Under the pieces are notes generated by a model that worked only from the letters and a program-made list of their open reading frames with translations, had not been told where the DNA came from and did not search any database. DNA of 64,000 nucleotides from Alphaproteobacteria bacterium (GTDB taxonomy: Bacteria; Pseudomonadota; Alphaproteobacteria; G965218375): assembly GCA_965218375.1 (NCBI GenBank), contig OZ244618.1, positions 186,432 to 250,431 of the forward strand. Direction: 5' to 3'. Every line of letters starts with the position of its first letter. Within the stretch, counting starts at the first letter, position 1. Both the position numbers and the translations under genes were made by a program. Of this stretch, positions 31,982 to 41,367 are shown one piece after another.

Positions 31982-32953
31982 ATGAAAATTTTTTTTACCC
32001 ACATTGCGATACTCGTAACCAGTTCTCTGATTACGACTCTCACCCATGCAACAACATGGAATATGCCCACACCCTATCCTGATAAAACCTTCCATACTGT
32101 AAATATTATACAATTTACAGAAGACGTGAAATCAGCAACCAATGGACAATTAAAAATCAATACCCATTCTGCTGGTTCACTGTATAAACATCCAGAAATC
32201 AACAAAGCCGTTCGAAGTGGCCAAGTGCAAATTGGTGAGTTCTTTCTTTCACTTCTTAGCAACGAACATGCCCTATATGGCGCAGACTCACAGCTGTTTC
32301 TTGCCTCAAACTACCAGGATGCCAAACGCCTCTGGGAGGCGCAAAAGCCAATCATCACCAAAATGCTTGAAAAACAAAACTTAATTCCTCTTTTTTCAGT
32401 GCCATGGCCTCCCCAAGGGCTGTACACGAAAAAGCCAATTAAGAACATTAATGACTTGAAGGGGCTTAAGTTTAGAACCTACAACTCAACACTCGAGAAG
32501 TTTGCAAACCTCTCTGGCGCTGCCGCGACTCAGGTTGAAGTCCCTGATATTCCCCAAGCCTTTATGACCGGCCGAGTTGAAGCAATGATCACCTCACCAT
32601 CAACTGGTGTTAATTCCAAAGCATGGGACTTCGTCAACTACTTCACAGACATCCAAGCATGGGTTCCTAAAAACATTGTTGTGGTGAATAGAAAAGTCTT
32701 TTTATCTCTGGATAAGGATATTCAAGAGAAAATTCTTACCGCCGCTGCAGATGCAGAAAAGCGTGGATGGGAATTGAGTCAGAACGAAACTAATGAAAAA
32801 ATTAAAATCCTTAAACAAAATGGTATTAAGGTCATGAAACCGTCAGCTGAGCTGGTCAAAGGACTTCAAGAAATTGGCAAAGTTATGCTAAAAGACTGGA
32901 AAACCAGTGCCACGCCTGAAAGCAAAGAATTTTTTAATACATTTGGCATTTAA
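31982..32953 (+). CDS. dctP: TRAP transporter substrate-binding protein (DctP family)
   Basis: Signal peptide, 323 aa, DctP-like pattern, followed by Q and M subunits. Confidence 0.88.
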   Translation: MKIFFTHIAILVTSSLITTLTHATTWNMPTPYPDKTFHTVNIIQFTEDVKSATNGQLKINTHSAGSLYKHPEINKAVRSGQVQIGEFFLSLLSNEHALYGADSQLFLASNYQDAKRLWEAQKPIITKMLEKQNLIPLFSVPWPPQGLYTKKPIKNINDLKGLKFRTYNSTLEKFANLSGAAATQVEVPDIPQAFMTGRVEAMITSPSTGVNSKAWDFVNYFTDIQAWVPKNIVVVNRKVFLSLDKDIQEKILTAAADAEKRGWELSQNETNEKIKILKQNGIKVMKPSAELVKGLQEIGKVMLKDWKTSATPESKEFFNTFGI

Positions 32954-33002
32954 ACTTATAATGGTGCTGCATAATGTAGCACCACTATGAATGTCATGAC
33001 AC

Positions 33003-33554
33003 ATGTCTAGGGAGGATAACATTCGTAACGCACTGAACTTTTTATATAAAGCTAGCGGGTGGGGAGCTGCATTGAGCATTGTGGTAATTTGCATAATTGT
33101 TACCATACAAACAACTTTGACCCTGATAGATAAGATCGTAAAATATATCACTGGAAACGCAATTGGTTTAAGCCTCCCCTCTTACGGTGACTTTACGGGG
33201 TTTTTTCTTACATCTGCAACATTTCTCGCATTAACGTATACGTTTCGCCAAGGGGAGCATATTCGCGTTAACCTTTTCATTAATCTTTTGCCTGCCTCGT
33301 TCCACAGAGGGATTGAAATATGGTGTACAAGTTTGGCGGCGGTTATCTCCATATATTTCACATGGTATAGTGCCATGCTGGTTATGGAGTCGTTTACATA
33401 TAACGACTTGTCTCCAGGTATGATTGCTGTTCCCATCTGGATACCTCAAAATGGCATGTTCTTAGGGTTGCTCATTTTATCCATTGCATTAATTGATGAA
33501 CTCATAAGTTTATTTTTAGGCGCGACCCCCTCTTATAAAAACAAAGAAAAATAA
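33003..33554 (+). CDS. dctQ: TRAP transporter small permease (DctQ family)
   Basis: 183 aa, 4 predicted TM segments, located between dctP and dctM. Confidence 0.8.
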   Translation: MSREDNIRNALNFLYKASGWGAALSIVVICIIVTIQTTLTLIDKIVKYITGNAIGLSLPSYGDFTGFFLTSATFLALTYTFRQGEHIRVNLFINLLPASFHRGIEIWCTSLAAVISIYFTWYSAMLVMESFTYNDLSPGMIAVPIWIPQNGMFLGLLILSIALIDELISLFLGATPSYKNKEK

Positions 33555-33624
33555 CTGATGACCAGTAAAAAATACGCTTTTAAATCCAAGAGAATAGATA
33601 AAAAATCAAAGGAAATAATACATA

Positions 33625-34920
33625 ATGTCTGAAATTATTCTTATGACCTTTATGTTAATCACTTTATTGACATTACTTGCCACGGGTGTATGGGTATCTT
33701 TTGCCCTTATGGCTGTTGGTTTGGTGGGGATGGCTTTATTTACCGAGGCACCGGTGGGTCAAATACTTTCAACGGTTGTATGGGGATCAAGCAACTCTTG
33801 GAGTCTTGCCGCACTGCCTTTATTTATTTGGATGGGTGAAATACTGTTTCGATCCCGCCTTTCTAATGACATGTTTAGCGGAATCTCACCGTGGATTAGT
33901 CGTCTTCCTGGGGGGTTGCTCCATGTCAATATATTTGGGTGTGGTATTTTTGCCGCAGTCTCTGGATCCTCTGCCGCAACCGCAGCAACCATTGGAAAGA
34001 TATCCATTCCAGAGCTGTCAAAACGTAAATATCCCGAAAAATTAATGCTCGGCACGTTAGCAGGTTCCGCAACCCTTGGGCTGCTGATCCCTCCTTCAAT
34101 TATTTTAATCGTCTATGGTGTCGCCACAGAGCAATCTATTGCGCGTCTTTTTGTCGCGGGTGTCCTGCCAGGTATTCTTTTATCATGCTTATTTATCGGA
34201 TTCGTTATTGTCTGGGCGCTGTTTAATTCTAACCTCCTCCCCAAAGAGACACAAACCATGTCCTTAAGGGAGAAACTGTCTAATTCTCGGCGACTTATTC
34301 CAGTTATTCTTCTGATTCTAGGGGTTATTGGCTCAATATATACGGGGATTGCGTCCACAACCGATGCCGCGGCCGTAGGTGTGGTGATAGCCCTCGTGCT
34401 CTCTTGGAAATCAGGCTCCCTTACCAGAGAAACGTTTCTTGAAGGATTAATGGGCGCAACTAAAACCTCATGCATGATCGGTTTTATCCTAGCAGGCGCT
34501 GCATTCTTAACGGTTGCCATGGGATTTATTGGAATTCCGAAACTGCTCGCCACATTGATTGGCTCACTTGGGCTTTCCTATTATGAACTTTTAATTGTAT
34601 TAACTTTGTTCTTTGTAATTCTTGGCTGTTTCCTAGATGGTATTTCGATTGTCGTGCTCACCACATCGGTGATTATGCCTTTAATAGAACAAGCGGGAAT
34701 AGATCCTCTTTGGTTTGGAATTTATATTGTGATCGTTGTGGAGATGTCCCAAATCACGCCCCCTGTTGGATTTAATCTGTTTGTGATCCAAGGATTAACA
34801 GGGAAAAATATCCTATATATTGCACAAGCTGCCATGCCATTCTTTGCCCTTATGTTTATTGCTTTAATATTGATTACGATTTTCCCTCAAATAGTTACTT
34901 TCTTACCTAATAATATGTAG
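33625..34920 (+). CDS. dctM: TRAP transporter large permease (DctM family)
   Basis: 431 aa polytopic membrane protein with DctM-like motifs (GGLLHVNIFGCGIFAAVSGSSAAT). Confidence 0.92.
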   Translation: MSEIILMTFMLITLLTLLATGVWVSFALMAVGLVGMALFTEAPVGQILSTVVWGSSNSWSLAALPLFIWMGEILFRSRLSNDMFSGISPWISRLPGGLLHVNIFGCGIFAAVSGSSAATAATIGKISIPELSKRKYPEKLMLGTLAGSATLGLLIPPSIILIVYGVATEQSIARLFVAGVLPGILLSCLFIGFVIVWALFNSNLLPKETQTMSLREKLSNSRRLIPVILLILGVIGSIYTGIASTTDAAAVGVVIALVLSWKSGSLTRETFLEGLMGATKTSCMIGFILAGAAFLTVAMGFIGIPKLLATLIGSLGLSYYELLIVLTLFFVILGCFLDGISIVVLTTSVIMPLIEQAGIDPLWFGIYIVIVVEMSQITPPVGFNLFVIQGLTGKNILYIAQAAMPFFALMFIALILITIFPQIVTFLPNNM

Positions 34921-34935
34921 ATAGGTCTAAAAATT

Positions 34936-35466
34936 ATGAAGAATACCCTGCATTTAAGCACACCAGCACAGCCTGAAAGCTTCCATGATTTAACTGATGA
35001 GAATAAGCTGCAACAAATTAGTGAGCTCGATCATAGTGTGATCAGAGCCTATAATAAATTTTCACACTGGAGTCTTCACTGTATGAAAGCGACAGGTCAA
35101 AATGACCTGACCCCCCTTGATATTCTCATCATTTATAATATTAATTATCGCGCTCATGAAAAACGCCTCTCTGATATTGCGTTTATTTTAGATATTGATG
35201 ACCTCCATACAATTAACTACTCCCTTAAAAAACTAGTCAAGAAAAGTTTGATTTCTGGTCAAAAACAGGGAAAAGAAATTTTTTACTCCACCACGACTAC
35301 AGGAAAAGAAGTTTGCGAGACGTATAACCAAGTGCGCCATAACTTCCTGATTCAACCCGTCATTAACTCCTATGAAGATTATCTGAATATCAAAGAACTT
35401 GCGCAGCAACTACAAAATCTCGCCAACATCTACGACCAAGCATCGCGGGCTACGATATCTTTTTGA
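34936..35466 (+). CDS. Winged-helix (MarR-like) transcriptional regulator
   Basis: 176 aa. It has a wHTH-like core (DIAFILDIDDLHTINYSLKKLVKKSLISGQKQGKEIFYSTTTTGKEV) and starts 16 nt after dctM. Confidence 0.55.
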   Translation: MKNTLHLSTPAQPESFHDLTDENKLQQISELDHSVIRAYNKFSHWSLHCMKATGQNDLTPLDILIIYNINYRAHEKRLSDIAFILDIDDLHTINYSLKKLVKKSLISGQKQGKEIFYSTTTTGKEVCETYNQVRHNFLIQPVINSYEDYLNIKELAQQLQNLANIYDQASRATISF

Positions 35467-35671
35467 AGGCGCTTTTTTTACAGTCTATGATAGAATATCG
35501 CAGCTTTATCCTTAAAATCCTTGATCTGAGATCATCATCACCTTAACAAAACATACCCGTGAGAATAATTTTTAATCTCCCAGGCTTATTTTCACATTTT
35601 TTTGTGTACTTTAAAGGTGATTTATTATACTATAGTTTTTTATAAGGAATTTCTCAACAAGGGTTTTCATT

Positions 35672-35896
35672 ATGTTTTATAAAATATTTCTCGAGCATCC
35701 ATATTCAATAAAAGAAAACTATTGGCAACATTTAGGTAATGCTCTTAAATTTAGTTTTACACTTTTTTTAACCAGTTTAGCCTGCTTGGTTCACGCGCTT
35801 ATCCCCTGCATATTTACCACCACCACAAAAAGTACACTTATTAATTTGCATGATAAAGTTGTGGTTAATAGAATGAATTTATCAAATAAAAAGTGA
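35672..35896 (+). CDS. Small membrane protein, DUF6356-like (recalled)
   Basis: FLEHPYSIKENYWQHLGNALKF...CLVHALIPCIF pattern; 74 aa; one or two TM segments. Confidence 0.5.
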   Translation: MFYKIFLEHPYSIKENYWQHLGNALKFSFTLFLTSLACLVHALIPCIFTTTTKSTLINLHDKVVVNRMNLSNKK

Positions 35897-36057
35897 ATTA
35901 ACCTCTCTCCTCTTTAGAACCTGCGACCTAAAGCCACTTATATAAAGCGTGAACAGGTTCTGGAGTATTGGAGGTGCCCATAAGCATACGCACACGAGGG
36001 AGGAACACACAGCTGCCATGGCCAAAATATATACCCTGCCAGCACTTTAATCTAGAA

Positions 36058-39000
36058 TTAGTTAAGTAAGCTTAGGCCGTCTTTTTTCAACATTTCCCGA
36101 TAACTTGACATAAATGTTTGTAAAGACTCAATATTTGCTGCACGTGGAGCAAGTTCGCGGTAGTTAATTTCGCTAGGGTCAATAACATCCGTTAAAGCGT
36201 CAAAACTTTCACCTTCGACAGTGCCTTCAAGTCGGCTGTACCATTTTTCCCTTAAATTCTCTAAGTTCTCACGATCATTTTCCATATTATAAGCGATCGC
36301 TATCTTTAAAACCATATCGCGCTCTTGTTCGGTCAAGTCTTGATTATCAACGACAGAATCGTTCAAAAGAAGTGCCAAAGAACGGGCAACACCGACCCAA
36401 TTTTCTCTCGTCCATGCAATTTCTGCGCGCAACTTATACGCCTCCAGACTGTAATCATTTACCAAAAGGTTGAGCGCATCGTCATAACGCTCTAAATTCA
36501 TCAACGCGTTTGCCTCTAAATATAACCGTTGTTTTTTTACCCGATCTGACAAGTCATCATACTCTGTGGACCGAATAACACGCAGGGCCTCCAAGGGTTG
36601 GCGACCGATTAAGTAAATAACTGCAAGCTGTCGGGCCACTTCAGCCCGCCTCTTATCATCAAGACGATACTTTATTTGATGTTTAAGCAATTCCGCCGCC
36701 TGATCTAGTAAATCCACCTGGACTAAACGATCTGCCAAATAACGAATCATAAGGTCGCCTTCTTCACCTATGGGCGTTAACTCACGATAGTCATTATATA
36801 AAGCAAGGGCCACAACCGGATCTAATTCATCTGCTACACCATCAAGGTACAGTTCTACAAAAATACTCTTCATTTGATTGGTGAGTTTTCCCACCCGTGA
36901 ATGCCCTGAAAAGTCTCCTACTGCCTGACGCATAGTAAATAAGGCCCCGCGATAATCACCATTTAAATAGCTATATTTCGCAATATCTTCTAACAGGTTA
37001 AATTCAAAATCATCCCCCCGCCAAGAGAACCTCATTTGACTTAATAATTCTAACAGCTTTTCCTCGCCTATTTCCCCCATGGCAAACAAAGTCCGCGCTT
37101 CTAAAAGACCAGCCTTTGCAGAAATAAAACGGTCTTTAGAAAGCTTTAAACGCTCTAAGATATCCAGAGCTTTCTTATATTGTTCATTTAATACATCCGC
37201 TTCTGCTGCAAAATATTTTGCATAATCAAAGTATTTTTCCGGCACGTCTTCAGCTAAAATATCCTCAATAATTAAATAAACGGTTTCAATATTTCTAATG
37301 TTCAAGTTTGCTTCGATAAAGGCAAGACGAAATTTAACCCGTAATTTAGCAGGAAAATAGACAATATGCTTTTGGGCACTATTTAAATAGGTGATCACCT
37401 TGTCCCAGTCACCAAGCTTGGCATACATTAATCCCCGAAACAAACCAATCTCTATATTATCATCAAATTTCGGTTTCATGAGCAAAACTTTCGCCTCTGC
37501 CAAACGCCCCATCATCAAAAGGTTAACTCCTGAAATCATAGATAAGTTATTATCTAAAAAGTATGGCGCGCTTTTCTCAAATAGATAATCTAAAACGCCT
37601 TGAGACTCCACATGCAAACCATGGGCGAAAAAGAATAAGGCAAGACTTTTTCTAATGTCATTCTTCATCTCATCTGTGGCAAGCGGCAACATATTATAAA
37701 GATATTGCATTTCTGATACATATTTTTCGGGCCCAACCCGTTGCCACGTTAGGTAACGATAGGTAATTCCCTCAACCTTAGGAAAAACACCTGCAAGTAA
37801 GTTCCTGTTTTGTTTCTCTAAGTCATTTGACAAAATTAGCCCTGACTCTGAGACAACTTGAGCGCCTGCAATTTCAGGCTGCAGAAAAACATTATCAAAT
37901 AACGGAATGACGGCAATCCCCTGCGCAGATTCTAAAACTTGGAATTCCACAAAATTCTGCTGCGCCTCAATACCCAATCCTGGATATTTCACTGGGATAA
38001 CTTGGACATAATCCCCAATTTCAGGGTCAAGAAATTCCACTCTATCCGAGATCGCATCGACATTAACCAGAAAATGCAACCGCGGAATATTCGCCATCGG
38101 TTCAGATGTTACTGGGATATTGGCCGCATTCTTTGAACCCCCTTTTGTAAACTGAACTTCCCAAACAGTCCCATTCTGAGAAATACTTGGTTGCAACTTA
38201 TTGGCAATCAAAAACCTTAAAACTGTTCCATTATTTGCAGCCACCTGCTCTGAAAACGGGACGAGCTGAGCAATTTCTTTATTTACAGGGGAAAAGGCGG
38301 AGCGTCCTTGTTTATCAAAAACAACCCAATAATATCCACCCCGAGGGAATACGGCTGCTGAAACCTCTTCCTTCCAGTCAAATAAAATACTTACCCCATC
38401 GGCGGTTTTTTTCATCTCTACGGTAAATTCATCGAGAGTCAGCGAGATACGTTCATCAACACGGAAAGATTGCTCCATTTGTGCGGCGAACCTGTCTTCT
38501 TCTGTGACATTTTGGGTTACATATGCGTTCTGATTATCAACCTCGTCATAGGTGCGCACTGGTGTCTCTTCAGCGTTTTTCGAAACATCTTTAGGACCTA
38601 CCGAAGGCGACTCTTTCTGAACCAAGAGGCCAACCTTATCTTGATTGACAGGCTTAACCTGAATATCCGTATTCGTCTTAGACTGTTTAGACGACGGAAG
38701 CTCAGAGGGGAGCATCCCAGCGGGCAAGTCAGCCTTAGCGGGCAAAGCCTCAGCATTCACCTTCTCCTTAACAGAAGTTTTCGGTTCCTGAACCGTACTT
38801 CCCCCTGCCAGAACATCAATAACAACCTTATTATTCACCTTAAAATCACGCACACTTGATTGAAGAGGAATATTAACTTTAAAATTTAACCTATTGTTTT
38901 TATTATCATAATTTGGATTTGAAAAGAATTTAGCACGGGCCAAACTTTTTTGATTAATCTTTACTTGTGCAGGCTGATTAAAGACCAAGGATAAAAGGTC

Positions 39001-39639
39001 TTTGGTGTAATCAAGCTCATAGGTTACAGGCACATTCCAATCAAAAACCATTCTTTGATAATCTGGGTGCACCCCAATACGCACAGAAATATTGTCTACT
39101 TTTATTTTTGAGTTACTGGACGCATACACATCCACATATTTCTCCTCACGCAGGGCGCCAGCAAAAAGCCGGCGCGCACCGTTTATTTTATTATTTGCAT
39201 TATCTGGGTTCATTGGTAAGGACGCCAGCTTTTCCGCACCCCCCCGCACCCGCATATCCACAACAACGCGGCTATTGACCACGAATGCATTGACGTCAAT
39301 CGGACGCGACGTAATAAAGACGACCGTAGACTTATCATCCCCTAAATATATGGATGATATATAATTTCCCATTAATTGATAAACTGTACTCAGGTCTGCA
39401 TTAATTTCAGAAGAAAATTTAATAGCAAACCCGTTATCATCGGTATTTAGGACAAATTTTACATCGGTCTGCCAGTCGAAAACAATACGACCATAATCGT
39501 TATGTGGCCATGAACGCACACTCACCTGATTACCTAAAACAGGTAATATCAAACTAAAATAACATATAAGTGCACATATTATATTCTGAATTAGTCTGCT
39601 TTTACCAAATAAGAAATAATCAAACATATACAAAAACAA
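36058..39639 (-). CDS. Large secreted/periplasmic protein: N-terminal tandem beta-type repeats (AMIN-like, ...R-hydrophobic-VFDW...) plus a roughly 600-aa C-terminal TPR-like helical region
   Basis: 1193-aa uninterrupted ORF in AT-rich DNA with a hydrophobic N-terminal signal/anchor (IICALICYFSLILPVLG). Start is TTG at 39639 or ATG at 39627. Repeats: VRSWPHNDYGRIVFDW..., VRIGVHPDYQRMVFDW..., VSILFDW... Confidence 0.8.
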   Translation of the reverse strand: MFLYMFDYFLFGKSRLIQNIICALICYFSLILPVLGNQVSVRSWPHNDYGRIVFDWQTDVKFVLNTDDNGFAIKFSSEINADLSTVYQLMGNYISSIYLGDDKSTVVFITSRPIDVNAFVVNSRVVVDMRVRGGAEKLASLPMNPDNANNKINGARRLFAGALREEKYVDVYASSNSKIKVDNISVRIGVHPDYQRMVFDWNVPVTYELDYTKDLLSLVFNQPAQVKINQKSLARAKFFSNPNYDNKNNRLNFKVNIPLQSSVRDFKVNNKVVIDVLAGGSTVQEPKTSVKEKVNAEALPAKADLPAGMLPSELPSSKQSKTNTDIQVKPVNQDKVGLLVQKESPSVGPKDVSKNAEETPVRTYDEVDNQNAYVTQNVTEEDRFAAQMEQSFRVDERISLTLDEFTVEMKKTADGVSILFDWKEEVSAAVFPRGGYYWVVFDKQGRSAFSPVNKEIAQLVPFSEQVAANNGTVLRFLIANKLQPSISQNGTVWEVQFTKGGSKNAANIPVTSEPMANIPRLHFLVNVDAISDRVEFLDPEIGDYVQVIPVKYPGLGIEAQQNFVEFQVLESAQGIAVIPLFDNVFLQPEIAGAQVVSESGLILSNDLEKQNRNLLAGVFPKVEGITYRYLTWQRVGPEKYVSEMQYLYNMLPLATDEMKNDIRKSLALFFFAHGLHVESQGVLDYLFEKSAPYFLDNNLSMISGVNLLMMGRLAEAKVLLMKPKFDDNIEIGLFRGLMYAKLGDWDKVITYLNSAQKHIVYFPAKLRVKFRLAFIEANLNIRNIETVYLIIEDILAEDVPEKYFDYAKYFAAEADVLNEQYKKALDILERLKLSKDRFISAKAGLLEARTLFAMGEIGEEKLLELLSQMRFSWRGDDFEFNLLEDIAKYSYLNGDYRGALFTMRQAVGDFSGHSRVGKLTNQMKSIFVELYLDGVADELDPVVALALYNDYRELTPIGEEGDLMIRYLADRLVQVDLLDQAAELLKHQIKYRLDDKRRAEVARQLAVIYLIGRQPLEALRVIRSTEYDDLSDRVKKQRLYLEANALMNLERYDDALNLLVNDYSLEAYKLRAEIAWTRENWVGVARSLALLLNDSVVDNQDLTEQERDMVLKIAIAYNMENDRENLENLREKWYSRLEGTVEGESFDALTDVIDPSEINYRELAPRAANIESLQTFMSSYREMLKKDGLSLLN

Positions 39640-39701
39640 GTCCTATAAAATTATATAGCGTAGCCTCAAAAAAATACTATACATTATCTAGGGAAAATAT
39701 C

Positions 39702-39734
39702 AAAAAAAAAGAGCATATATTGTATTATGCTCTT
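39702..39734 (-). terminator. Rho-independent terminator between cheY and the large TPR gene
   Basis: On the minus strand it reads AAGAGCATA-(8 nt)-TATGCTCTT followed by TTTTTTT. Confidence 0.65.
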
Positions 39735-39926
39735 CCTTAAAATCTGTATACGTTACAATTAAAAAACATACCTAAAATGGCAGAAAATGCTACGCGCACA
39801 AGGCGTTACTGTAAAATTATCTCATTAATCTAATATGCTGGGTTTATTAATAAATGTTCACAAAGCGCACTACTAGAAGAAAAGGGCAATTCTCCTAACA
39901 TACCTCAAGGCCTGATTCATTAGGAA

Positions 39927-39952
39927 CTATGCCTGATCAACATCAGGCATAG
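39927..39952. other. Perfect 11-bp hairpin CTATGCCTGAT-caac-ATCAGGCATAG
   Basis: Read directly from the sequence, about 60 nt downstream of the cheY stop, with no U-run. Confidence 0.5.
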
Positions 39953-40010
39953 AGTTAAGAGAATACCTTATGATATAATGATATAGATAATTTTCCAAAT
40001 CTAGAATGCG

Positions 40011-40397
40011 TTAGAACTTACCAATCACACTCTCAATTTTACCTTTAAGAGTTTCAGCATTAAAAGGTTTTACAATATAATTGTTAACACCTGCTTGTTT
40101 AGCAGCCATCACATTTTCTGTCTTGGATTCTGCGGTTACCATGATAAATGGTGTTGCAGCAAGTTTTTCAGAAGAACGTACCGCTTTTAGCAGGTTCAAC
40201 CCAGACATGCCGGCCATATTCCAATCAGAAATCACCAAACCATATTTTTTTTCATTTAATTTAGTTAAGGCTTGCCCGCCATCGCTGGCCTCTTCTACAT
40301 TGTTAAAACCTAACTGTTTTAAAAGATTACGAATTATTCTCAGCATTGTTTTATAATCATCAACAATAAGAATATTCATACTCATATCAACTGCCAT
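40011..40397 (-). CDS. cheY: Single-domain response regulator CheY
   Basis: DD (IVDDY), phospho-acceptor D (VISDWNM), T (MVTAES) and K (IVKPF) residues are all present; 128 aa. Confidence 0.85.
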   Translation of the reverse strand: MAVDMSMNILIVDDYKTMLRIIRNLLKQLGFNNVEEASDGGQALTKLNEKKYGLVISDWNMAGMSGLNLLKAVRSSEKLAATPFIMVTAESKTENVMAAKQAGVNNYIVKPFNAETLKGKIESVIGKF

Positions 40398-40649
40398 CTT
40401 CGTACTCCAAATGATAATTATTAAGTTTGGTTAAATTAATTATAATCAGGCTAAAACTTATTTTATAAGATACATATAGTGACTTTAAAATATTTTACCA
40501 TAGTAACCTTATTTTAAATTTCTTGAGGATACTCACGAACCGTCAACGGTACAATAGTACGAAATTAATTAACATGCCGCAAGGGTTTCTGCGGGGAAAA
40601 TAAAAACAGACAAAGAGCCTGTTTAAATAATCCCTATTAAAATAATCAA

Positions 40650-41318
40650 TTACTGGGCTCTAATTGAGAAAGGTATATCCCGCCGTATCCGCAATTCCGT
40701 AGTGATCTGCTTTGCCCTCTCGGGTGTCAAAACCTCTAGGACAAGTGCCAGTTTCGCCTCTTTCATCAACTCAGCTACATCTAAAACAATTTTAAGGTCC
40801 AAGGTTTCAAAAATAGCCGCCGCAGATTTTGGCTTCATTGTTTCATATATTTTTACAAGACTGGCAAGTTTCTTTTTCTGCTGTTCATCATGCTCAATAA
40901 TAAGAGTAGAAATAAACTTCTCAATTTTTTGCAAATCCTTAATTTTTTGATCAATTCGCTTTTCTGTTACGAACAGCATTTCTTTATGGAACTCAAGGGC
41001 TTTTTCACGACTTTCGATTTCTATACGGCGCTGAGAGAGTGCCTGCAGAAGTTCTATTTCTGACTTAGTCAACGTAAAAGGATCAAACTCTTCGGTACCG
41101 CCATCATCAATAAAATCCACCACATTTTCGGTCAACGATTGATTCTCATCTGGCGTCACATTATCGTTGGGTGCATTTTTGGCAGTAGAATCAGTTTCTT
41201 CCGCCAAAGCAATATCTGAGAAAAAAACAGACGAATTCTTATAAACTGGATTAACTTTTAAGGCTAATGCAATACACAACACAATTGTTAAAGTAGGAAA
41301 AGTACGTATTCTGGTCAT
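40650..41318 (-). CDS. motE: MotE-family flagellar motility protein (MgtE_N-like C-terminus)
   Basis: Signal/anchor, coiled coil, and a C-terminal YETMKPKSAAAIFETLDLKIVLDVAELMKEAKLALVLEVLTPERAKQIT pattern. Confidence 0.7.
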   Translation of the reverse strand: MTRIRTFPTLTIVLCIALALKVNPVYKNSSVFFSDIALAEETDSTAKNAPNDNVTPDENQSLTENVVDFIDDGGTEEFDPFTLTKSEIELLQALSQRRIEIESREKALEFHKEMLFVTEKRIDQKIKDLQKIEKFISTLIIEHDEQQKKKLASLVKIYETMKPKSAAAIFETLDLKIVLDVAELMKEAKLALVLEVLTPERAKQITTELRIRRDIPFSIRAQ

Positions 41319-41367
41319 TTTTTATTAAATCCAACAAAAACTTTTACTCCTTGCGAACGCATATACA

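Noticed and set aside
39683-39700. Second ATAATGTATA dif-core-like 10-mer (minus strand) upstream of the TPR gene
   Set aside because: Both flanking arms match dif poorly, and a 10-mer this AT-rich is expected by chance about once in this window.
39778-39792. TGGCAG-AAAA-TGCT, sigma-54-like at first glance
   Set aside because: The GG-to-GC spacing is 10 instead of 12, and the site is on the plus strand, where no gene follows.
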